Assembly (NCBI GenBank): GCA_002633005.1
Contig: NMRA01000212.1
Span: 237,312 to 301,311, forward strand
Direction of reading: 5' to 3'
DNA length: 64,000 nucleotides
From: Phoronis australis
Lineage: Eukaryota > Animalia > Phoronida
Below are positions 48,401-60,400 of this stretch, one piece after another. Below the pieces are notes generated by a model. It ran no database searches. It saw nothing but the letters and a program-made list of their open reading frames with translations, and was not told the DNA's origin. Made by a program: the position numbers and the translations under genes. The first letter of the stretch is position 1. Each line of letters opens with the position of its first letter.

Positions 48401-51400
48401 AGTTGAGATTTCCTTTAGAATCCTGGCAGCTGTTTCCTCCACCAACTTTAAAATGGATGGCTTCTCGGAATGCTGCGCTTGAGCAAAGGCAGGCCATAGC
48501 TCATTCATGGTTTCCCAGTTGCGTTTGAGACATAATCCCTGCTTTTTCTCTCCATGAAGGACAAACAATGCACCCTGCAAAGTAAAAACCAACACTTCGT
48601 TGAAGAAATCGTGCAACTTAAATACCCAATAATTATTGGTAAAAACATTTTTCTCACAAAAAACACCATTTTCTTCATTGGTAGAATGGGACCTGTCAGC
48701 TGCATAATTACAATGTTCAGTTAATGTTGAAATCAAAGCCAAATACGGTCAAAAAAGCAATAAGTGGTCACTGCTAACTTGCAGGATTTGAAAAAGTACA
48801 TGGACCTAAACAGTAAAGATTCTGAAATTAAATGCAAATAATATTAACAAAAGGTTCCACTTGGACATTAGGCTCATCTAGTTCCTAAGTTCCAATAAGA
48901 AAGATATCGAAGCCAAATGACGGTAATAGAAAGGTTACATCTTTATGGATCATAAAATCTTCTATGGTATTACACACAAAAAATGCATTTTCTGCAATGA
49001 TTCCGAATATTAGGCCATAGGTTTATATTCAAATTTATGGTACACTATTTCTTAGGCCATTTGTTAGTTTTCTTGTGTTTTCTGCCAATCAGCCATGAAC
49101 GCAATGATAACTAATATGGAAATTAATAAAGTATTGATTCATTTGGCTAAAACCATTCTACGAACTGCAAACAAGGTCTTTAAATTGAAATATCTTGTCT
49201 GGGAACATTTATAAACGGGTCATACTCAGATTTAAGGCAATAGCCATATTCATTAACATGTTATCACAACTGATTTAACAACTTATAATTTTGAAAGCAA
49301 CACATAACCCCAGAGCCGAGTTACCTTAAACTGGTAATCCGGAATGGTTGCTCCTGTGTTGAGGTAGTGAGCAACATCTCCCAGAATAATATGGTACGAG
49401 TGAGGAGTGTGTTGTAACGCTTGCGACAACAATGCCTGAGCTTTCTGACGAACCTGAAAACAAAGAAAAGAATAGTTAGGGTTGCTACGCACCTGCCATA
49501 GGTGACATTCAACATCAAAAACACAAATGTCAAGACATCGTGTATTTGATCTCAACTATTGTAATTCTCCATTTTTGGCACAAAAATGTTTCCATTTTCC
49601 AAAAGCTGATTAACTGGCTACAAGAGATGGGATTTTTACCAAATATTGTTATAAAAAGGAAGTTTAAAACAGATTGAAATTTCCTATATTTGTTTTCATG
49701 GAAAAATTTTACAAAATAATTAATTCATTCGTCTGCCAAATAATGTACTAAAGAGGCAAAGAATTGCCACAATTTGTACCTTACTCAAGTTAGAACTGAT
49801 TTTTGAGCTAGGAAAGAACTCAAATCACTGCTGAAGACTCCAATCATCGAGTTGGAATTTTATGCACTGAAACTGATCAAGCTGCTAACATTGTAACACC
49901 CTACTATAGCTAGCTTCACATCTTAAAATATCTGCACAGAAAGACACTTAACACTGCACCTACCTCACTATAGCCACTGACAGACAGGTGCAACAAGTCA
50001 AGATACAAGGCTTTGTGCATCTCAGTCAGTCTTCGGCTATTTCGGTGTTGAACCCGCAACTGAAAGGCAAGTACAAGTGAATGAAGTTTGTAGAATGGAT
50101 TTCAAATTTACAGACAGCTATTATGAAAAACTAATGCATTAAACTAGGGAAACCAAATAAATTCACAGCAATACAAGGTACATCATACAACCTGGTGGAT
50201 TGATATAGACCAAAAATAAGGCCTGGTTCCAGATGGTCTAATCTTTTTACTCCAGAACAAACATGTCATCTTCTAATCTACTTTTGTGTGAACTCAAGAT
50301 AAATGTCCATTATTCTATGTTCGAGAAAATAACTGTCAGTCTAATCCTAGTTTCCACCTAATGACCCTAACATTAACACTAAATGTTCAAGCCTGAACTC
50401 GTAATTTCAAGTTTCTCCTCGAAATCTTAAGTTTTTACTGATTGTTTTTAGCTTGAATCTAGGGGTCATCAAGTATGACCTTGGACTAGAATCTCGTTTC
50501 CATAAACCATAATTTACTTGGAACACAAAATAACAGACATTTAACTTGCATACGGAAAAAAAGTAGAATGGAAAATGATGAAGTAGTTTCGAGTTCGATC
50601 TTGGGCAAAAGATAAGACCTCGGACTCAGAACTGCTACAAGGAGGCACAGCAGTGTGGCAGTATCACACCAATGTAGGACACATCGTCTACTGGCAAACA
50701 AGATACTAAATGAGATTTGAGTTTTCTTTTTTTTCGTAAGATAAGCAGCACCAAATAACTACTTCAAGTTCTACACCACAGCTACAATCAGAAATGTTTT
50801 GGAAATTTGTGGACATTCAAAACTAAAAAGTCAATTTTGGCAACAGTATTTAAAATCATCTCAGCACTATTTAGAGGCATCTCCACACTACTGAGAAACA
50901 TCTCAACACTACTGAGAAACATCTCAATACTACTGAGAAACATATCAACACTACTGAGAAACATCTCAACACTACTGAGAAACATCTCAAAACTACTGAG
51001 AAACATCTCAACAGTATTTAGAGACACCTCTATCAACAGTACCACTTTGTGTGTGACAAACGCAGCAGGTCCAGTTTAACTTCAGATATTCCTTCCTACC
51101 TCATGTTGTAACTGTACTCTATCCACCAGAAGGGCCCGGATGTGACTCTTATTACCATGAAGCTATAATGTAACAGACTCTTATCATCAAGTTATAACAA
51201 ATATTGTTGTTTCAGGAATGCCTACAAAATTTAGTTGCCCATTACACCTTCAACAACACAGCCACCAATAGGTGGCACTTTGTCAGAATGCCAATAAGAC
51301 AGCCCTTACAAGTTCACTCCACACCCAGGAGAGTTGATCACACCAAATGACATTAAAAAACTACATCCATGTAGAGTTTTGTTTTGCAAACAGAAATCTG

Positions 51401-54400
51401 TTTCAACATAAGATTGGAATGATTCCATCACGGTTAGCCAACTGAAGACTGTGCTCTTTCTGAATGACGTGACACAAAGAACAGCAAATGATCACGACTA
51501 TTTTCTGAGAGGTGGGGCGCCAAAAAAATCTGCCAGAAGACTCTGAATGTCATGAGTGCAACATGATTTTACTGGACTGTAGTATTTAAAAACTGTTTTC
51601 TGCAACATCTACTTTCACCTGCAATTTTAACATTTAGTTATGGTACCTCACTAGCACATATCAATCGTAAACCACGAAAATATGGAGTTGAGGCAGGGTA
51701 GCCATTAGATAACAATGCATTTAACATTATTGATTTATCTCTGAACAATCGCAATACAATATAGTCTTACAGCAAAATCAGTTCAGATTATATAGGACCT
51801 CATGGACTAGTCTGTGTGTTTAGCTAAATAAGAACAAAACCGTAGATTTTAACTCAGTAACAGCATAATTATATTTTATTCTAAATGTAAAAGGCATATA
51901 GCACTTAATGTTTGACTTTAAATCGATTGCTTTTAATTGGGTCAAGTGAGGTTGCCTTTCTGGTGAAATTTAGCAAAAAAGAAACAAAGGTACATCAACA
52001 GCAAAACAACAGTATCGATAGCACGACCAAATTTCATTTGATAAAAATATTCAAAATGTAATACAGTTTTCTAAAATTATCTTTTTGTTTTTAATTTATG
52101 CAACTTTCATGTTCTTTTTTCAGAAAAAGTATAAAAGTCCGCTCAAGCAAAAAACAAATATTTTAAAAAAACAATCACTAACAGCATTTTGAAAAACAGT
52201 GCATAAAGCATTATAGACGAGTTTCATATGAATTTGAACAGTCATTCTGAGATATGATGTTCCAAACTTAGCAGTCAAAGTCGGACATTTTTTGGGTCTC
52301 ACATAACCTTAACAGACAAGAAATGCTGTCACAAGTAAAATCATACAATGCCAACTCACCTTATCTTCCAGCGCTCGTTTGACTACCTTAAAACTTTTCC
52401 AACGTCCATCAAAATCATCCTTGGAAGCACCAAAGTAGAAAAGCACAGACGAGTATATCTGAAAAGTGTTAAGTTACCCTGAATTACTGTACCAACCGTT
52501 CATGAACACGGACGTTCAAATCATGTTTATCTCGCTCGTCTCAAAGAACACAAAAAGAATACATTCTCACACAATTTACAAAACTGACAGTAAAGTAAAG
52601 GCATGTTCAGAATGAGAGCAAATTTAAAATAACTGGACATGAAACAATTAATGAGAAGTGCCATCAAGACACATCGAAGTGTACATCATGGAGGAAGCAC
52701 TGTAATTACATTATGCCTGCTATATAAACATCCACTAGAGGGCACCACAACTGAGTGCTCATCTCTCTCTAAAATCAATAGAGACCTGAAAATGCCCAAG
52801 CCACTCTCTCTTAAGCTAGTCACTTTCTTCCCAAAGTGGTGTACACAAAACTGACCTTGATTATGTTTATTAGGTTCTTGGTGTCATCTTCATGGCAGGA
52901 CAACATAAATTCTGAAAAATAGAAAGATTATAAACTGAACGCCGTAACACAAGCTCTTAAGCCTGATGCACACTGTACACAATGCGATTCATCTCAACTC
53001 CTCTGGAATGTTGCCCAATTGTTTCCAACTAACAACTGAACCTCGCCAATGCCATGAGGAGACTCAGTTAAACATTACAAATCTCATGTTTCAGTAATGG
53101 GATAAGATTGTTTACAGCATTAGTTGAATCGACTTCCAAAGCATCAAACACTAATAACCCAAAATGGCTCATCTCAAGAGTTGAGAAGAATTGCATTGAG
53201 CAGCAGGCTTTAGCATCCGTGTTAAATTGCAAAATGCAATAGTCTCCAGATCTATTCAGCAATAAATTATAGATAGATTTGACCAGGTTAAGTCTGCAAT
53301 ATAACAACAACATGTCATTTTTGCATTTACCATCTTTTTGTGTAAACAACTCTGATTATTCTGAAAAACATAATGTTATCAGAACAAACGTTTACATAAT
53401 CAAAGTTGCAGTAAACAACGCCTTGACTTAAGAAACCCAAAAGAGATAAGACTAAATTACTCTCCTTCACTTACTGAGTAATGACTGTAGAGTTTCAGTT
53501 ATCATTTCTCTAACATTCCTCCCATCTAGAACAACACCTGAAATAACATAAAAATGTATGAGAATTAAACATACAGTGCAGGCCAAAAGTATTCACACGA
53601 AATGACTCAAAATTCCTAGTCGGGATGGCAGGGCAGAAGCAAAATTCGACGTTAGAGAAGCCTTCCCTAATGAATGAGGATGAATGGAATTTTAAAGTTA
53701 ATAATGTGACTAAGTCATCCCATAATTAGAATTTTGCAGCCATGTTAGACATTACCAGTCATTTTCGTTGTTAACAAAAATTTAGCCGTCTCGACAGAAA
53801 ACAGTACTTTGTTCGAATACTTACGTCATGTTATGTATATTGCAGAACAGGAGATTTCTTACACAGTACTCATTAAAGTTCCCAACGAAATATCCAGGTA
53901 ATAATTATTGCAAACTTCATCAGCTTAGATTTTTTACACGAAATTATACATTTTGAGTACCAGTAATTAAACAAATATTTCTCAACCATGATTCCTAGAA
54001 AGCAGTCAAGGTGCTCAAAAGAAAGAACGGGTTTCAAAATTTTGACAGCCCAAACTTTCTGAATAAATGGCAAAATATCAGCATTAAACTAGATGTGATA
54101 TGAATGTTAGTAGTTGAAGGGGGGGGGGGGCTAAACAATGGGGGCATAAACTTTGAATAGCTTAAACTGGAGGGTATGGTACAAACTGGGGGTATGGACT
54201 CCATAGTCACAATAATGCGTGGTTATAAAGATAACAGTTACAGGGCTTAGAGGGGTTGATATGCACAGGGAAAACATAAAATGAGCATCTACTCACCAGA
54301 AGAATCCTGACTGCAGATTCTGTCAAAGGTCTTCAACTCAACAGATGACTTGACTCTATAATAATCATATACATAGAAATAGAATAAGGGAGTTGTTATT

Positions 54401-57400
54401 AGAATCAATCATAATTATTGGTCAACTTCAAGGATTTAATTTGTGGCAATGGAATAGATGGGGCTGGTGATTCGTCAGCACATCGTCATGGTTATTAAGT
54501 AATGCCCGTTAATGGTTTTGTAGTGACTTTTCAAAGTGACTGCAGTCCCATTTTGAGTATCAAATGTTCACTGCTAAAACCACATGTTTTGTCACGTAAC
54601 ACCAATTTAGACAAAATGTAAGAAGAATGGGTAAAAATGCAGTTAGCTCAACTGGGTGTTCCTCCGACTTTAACACACACACACACATGGGCCAGCGTAC
54701 AATGTATATCCTCTAGGTCAAGTCAGTAAGTTATTTCCCAGGATACTTACAGTTGTATGCCAGGACCATCCCAGAAGGGAAGGACATAACCAGCACCATT
54801 AAGACAAGCTGAGATCAGGCCCAACACTCTCTCAAGTTCTTCACTACAAAACACGTCAATTATTGCTTCGAATAAAATCACAACCATCCATGTTCAACAA
54901 ATAAACGTAATACCTAACTAAGGAACTTTTAATGAGACATTAAACAAAGTCCAACTTCAAAAGATTCAAACTGAAAGTAAAATCAGGAAATCTAGTCTCT
55001 TGTTGTCCTGAAAGGTTTTTGAAACTGGAAGCTCTGCCAGAGGGCTTAGAATTACTTTCCACCAACACATGTACATGGCGAATAGAACACAGTCACGTAG
55101 CATATGCAGTACATTTGCAGAGGTTGACTGAAAATAAATTCAAATAAAAAATCTAACAAATAAATTATCTTTGCAAATCATAATACAGTCTCTTTACCAA
55201 AAACATATTAAGAAAGACTGCGTACTCATCGGAATTGTCAAATGAGAATCATGACAATACTCATAGACAAGTACAAAGGAGTACCTTGTCATGGCTGTCC
55301 CTGCCACATAGTTGGTCACTGTAGTCAGTGCAGGTGGAAGAAATGTCTTGAGGAGGGAGACAACTACTTCCTTCTCCTCTGGTGACATGGTGTGCCACTC
55401 GACAGTCATTGTGTTTACATTTTCTGCAGTGCCCCACTCCTGTACACAAATAGAAAATGTTTGAGGCGGAATGCACAAAGTTTAAGCTTTCCTTGAGTGG
55501 AGTTTGCTATTTCAGTTTTTTAGGCTACAAAGCATTATTTAAGCAACGTACTTGAACAAGATTTAATCACTCAAATGCAGATGCAACAAATGTTACGTGA
55601 AGTAACCTTTTCATGCTATATTGTGTCACCACAAGAATACAGGACAGGATGAAAGTAGTTGCATAGGATAGAGGTTTGAATAAAACACCATATAAAGTTT
55701 TTCACGGTGATGTAAAAGGTTGGCTTCAAAGAACTGTCCTTCCCACTCCAACTTTTTGTTAAAAATTTTGACGTCACGTCTTGAAATCCAGATATCAGCT
55801 TATGAAATCAATGCTAAAGTCTTTCATGTGAATCCAATCTGTCGTTACTGAGATATGACATTTCAAAGTTGGCCAAATTTAGACATTTTTCTAGAGTCCT
55901 ACACAAACTTAACAGCAACAGAACGGCAGTTAAATGCAGAATCAATACACAAGTTGTACCCGAATAGGAACCCATTCAGACAACGGCTTGTCGAGGTCAT
56001 GACGACAGTTGTTGTAGTTGACAACATAGGTTTGAGTGAGACATCTCAAGGTGTGCTTCAGTAAGTTTGTGGCTAGCTTTTGACCCTGCTTGCACGCCAT
56101 ACTCAGGGTGTTTTTCAGTGTCGACATCAGCTGATCACAATAACGCACCAGCTCTCTACCATTACAGCGAACAACCTGAGATTTAAGAAACAACAAGAGG
56201 TGTTTAGCCCAAGAAGAACTAATGAAACAGATATATGTAGTTTACAAGACCATATCCCCACTTGTTAACAAGCAAGACATACTTAGGGCTGTTCCAGCAA
56301 AATCTGTATGGGAGGGGGGGGAAGGCACTTTTATTTCGTACCCACCGCCCATATTTTTCATTTATTTCTCCAACCCATGACCCATAATTTTTTAATTATT
56401 TTTAATAGGTTAAAATATAAAATCCAACACTTGCAAACAAATTGCCTCCAGGAGGACCTGTTAAGAACTTAGATGATTGACAGACAAGAACTAGTTGTCT
56501 TGTCCAATATTGTCAAAAACTAAAGTAGCCTGTTGGCAGCCACCAGGTGTCTCTGTTCACCATGTTTCTATAATTTCAATGAACATTTTTTCATTTATAA
56601 GGATCTATGAACTGTCTCCACGAACTCTTTTATACTTCTATGTCAAGTGAATATTGGAACTTGTTTATTTTGTTTATCTTACTCCTCATACTTTTTATTT
56701 AAAAATCATCAATTTTCTTATATGTGTTAACACCAGTTTAGTGTTGCATAACTTTTCAATTCAATAGGACTGCAGACAAACAGTTGGCTCAAATCAAGTT
56801 GCCCATGACTTGATTAATGGCTTAGTGAACATATTGCACTCTGTTCACTGGCAATATGGGCTTTTCTGTATTGGGATAAGTTAGGATATATGCATTTTTT
56901 TTGAGTTTTGAGGGCTGAAGTAACCAACCTGTCAACATTAACAGGTCAAAAAATACCACCCATTTTTAATGCATCACTTCCTACAGGAACGACCACCTAT
57001 AATTTGTGTTTTTTTCTGAAGACAACCACCCATGAATTTTTATTTCTACTGCCGTCCCCCCCTCCCACACGGATTTTACTGGAACAGCCCTTAGTCTAGT
57101 AAAGCATAATCACATTGTTTTCAAGCTTGTAAATTGTTCACTAATTAATTAATCGAACACAAAGTTATAAAATAGTACTTAAGAAAGCTTGTTGCATATC
57201 AACTCCTTGAACACGGGCAATGAAGGTGTTCAACACTGTAACTGCCATCAGCGTTGCACTTCAGGAATTTGAATATCATCATCAACTGTACAGTACAGTT
57301 TCAAGTGGGAAAGAAATGGATTTTATCTTCCCTACAAGTAAACGTTTCCAAATATTTGAAAATATTTAACAGACCTGAAAGTCCTACAGGCAATGAATAC

Positions 57401-60400
57401 ATTTCCAGCAGAGACAACACCAGCAGAAGTAATGACAAAAAAGCTTTTTGTTTACAAATCTTGAAAGTGACACTTTCGTTAGTGAAAAAGCATTGACATC
57501 GTTTCTTATCATAATGCAGTAGATTTTGATTTTGCATTAGGCAATAAAAACTACGGTGCAGAAACGCTGTTACAGCTGTGAATACAGTACCTCCGACAAA
57601 ATCTGTAAATTCCACAAGACTTCGTGGTCTACTTCCTCCTCCGTTTGAAATTCAGCGTCTGTAAAAGACCAAACACCAATCAAGTGCAACAACCAGCAGC
57701 AATTACGGCCAACTTATTAAACAAGTCCTAAATAGTCAAAGTCGTTCTTATCTTAGTGCCTACTAACTTAACAAATCAATAACATTTTAACCTGACATAA
57801 AAATGCTCTGTTTAGACATCAACTATGACACGGTGCAAGGCATTCACAAGGCCTAATCAAAAACTACTCCATCAAAAACCACTATGCGCTTGCACGCTGT
57901 AATAATTGCTGTGGTTGGACAACTATAAGTCACATGTCTTTGATTGGTTTGACAACCTTTTGCGTTTAAGACTACTGAGCAGTTGACACATTTTGAGTCA
58001 ATCAGACACAAGTTAAAATTTCTCAAAAACGGGTGACAGGTTGAAACAGCAGAGTTGCCCTAATTTATAAAATTTCACGATTACAAGAACTTGCAAAAGG
58101 ACAGTTTGCAATGTGCTAAAAGTGACACAAACTCCTTTGATGCGTTTTGAGTTCTTGACATCCTTAATAAGACTTGCTTACGATCAGAGTGTGCCTTGAT
58201 GACCTGGCAACAATGTGGCACCACCTTGCGCAGTACAAGTTCAGGAGATGCCTGCAAATAGATGTGATGTTATCTGTCTATACACAGATGTCAGTCACAG
58301 CACTGTCCGAGAACAACGCACATCCATTAGTTGAACTGTTAGACTGCATAAATTGTTAATTTTATAACCAATAGATGTTTATTACACTTGCTAGTTAACT
58401 CACACGCAGATAACCATGGATGTATAATTATAAAACAAACGCATTTTAATCCTATATATGCCTGCTAAAACCAGAACTTACCAAATTCATATTAACTAAC
58501 TACTGAAAGTACTCAAGAAATTCACAATACCCTTACGGTATGAAAAACCAATGTCGCTAATACACTCGTTTATGTAATGTGTCATTCATACTGTTACATG
58601 GCACAAGTGAAGAAACCTACCACGAGACATTCCAATGTATTATGGGAGAAAATAATGTCTCGTGGGAGAAGTTCCCTTTGTCCCAAGGGATGTGGATTTT
58701 TGAAAGATAATTACAGCTAATTAAAATATTGTGTTGGGAAATTCTACATTGAAATGAAATCACCACTCCATCTCTTGCACTCACTTTCAAATGGATTGGC
58801 TGAAAAATTTTAATTTTTGACAAATGCATTATAAACATTTTGTTGTAACACTTGTAAATATATAAAATATCACTGACGTAAAATGTAAATATAAAATTCA
58901 AAATAAAGATTCAAACAACGTCATGCACACAAATTCTGCCGCTATGGAATATTGCTTCAATGTCAAAAGACTTAATTATTTTCACCAGACTGATATAGTA
59001 CAGGTCCCTGACAACAGGGGGCGCCTCACCTTGGCAGCAGCTCTGACCAGCCCAGCAGCCAATCTCCCAGCAACATTCACCTCAAACACATTACGGGTCA
59101 CAAACTGAAACAGTTTCTTGAACACATTCTGAAAAACATTACAAATAAAAATCAGTCTCGGTAAATTCCCAAAGGACTGAAAATGAATAATTTGTAATTT
59201 TTTCCATTAATTCCTCACTGTGAACTTTCCTGATGCATTATGATTAATGATAAAAACAGTGTTTTCCACTCCAGTTTGGATAGAATACCAATAAAAATCA
59301 CAATTGTTTATTTAAATGGCATTCATTTTACACAAAAGTTCATAAGAACCAGGAACTCACATTAAAAATAGACGGGGAACAGTGATGGAAGACAGAACTG
59401 GCAGTAGAGATCAAGCCAACCTCCAACATTGTCTCTTGGGTGTTCAGTTTGATATGGGTCACTTCTTGAGCACTGGCTTCAATAAGGCTAACTACCCTGG
59501 AAGAGAAATGGCTCAATAATGACAAACACATTTAATACATCACCCTACTGTTGGAAGTAAACCAAGGCACTGTTTCAAGAAAAATGATTAAATCAGAAAT
59601 TTTGTCTTATACTCATGCTTCGCCATTACCGAATAATTTCTAAAAGCCATTGTTAACACATCAAAATCAAACAATAGGGTAAACAAATTAATTGAGTAAT
59701 TACCGATTATGGGTGAATTCTCAGAGTCTTTGTACTTTGCTGAAGTGAAATTAAATTATTTTCAGGAAATGGTTGAGCGACTGAATTTATGATTAAAATC
59801 TTGACACTTTTCATGAAAAAGGCCGAGGCATAATGAGACAATGGTCAAGGTACCTTTTGTAGTTAAAAACCGTAGGGAAAGGAAGAGCAAAAAGAGTACA
59901 CAGACAAAGCAAAGCAATAAAGAGTGCTGAATGCTACCAAGTTCTGAAGGTGACGGAATGGCTGAAATTGTCTAGTAAGAGACTGGTGCCCTTGTCGTCA
60001 ACAAAAAAACGTAATGTACATTTTATGAATACTAACGGACAAAAACCAACCAGTTGGCTTGCAAACATTCACTGACAGAATGACAAACACCACAAAATGG
60101 GCAAGAAAGAATGACCATTAGTTGAAGTTTCACATGAACTTATTTTTTTAAAACCAATCAAGTCGTTTCAGCACCAAAAACAAATAATTCTAACCTGTCC
60201 ATGAATTGCATAACAAAATCTTCAAACTGTGCGGTGGCCGAACAGAGTTCCATCTCCTCCTGAAGGCATACAGATATGGTTAGAACTAGATGATAGAAAC
60301 ACAGCATAAATGCTATGCAGCATAAGCACGCATTAGCCCCCTCTCCCCTGTATGTGACAAAGTAAACACACCCAAGTTTAGGCAAAAATATCTAAGAGTT

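Noticed and set aside
50788-51079. Repeat-protein ORFs on both strands (ISTLLRN and VEMFLSS repeats)
   Set aside because: By-product of a 21-bp minisatellite in an intron; flanking PSME4 exons join in frame without it.
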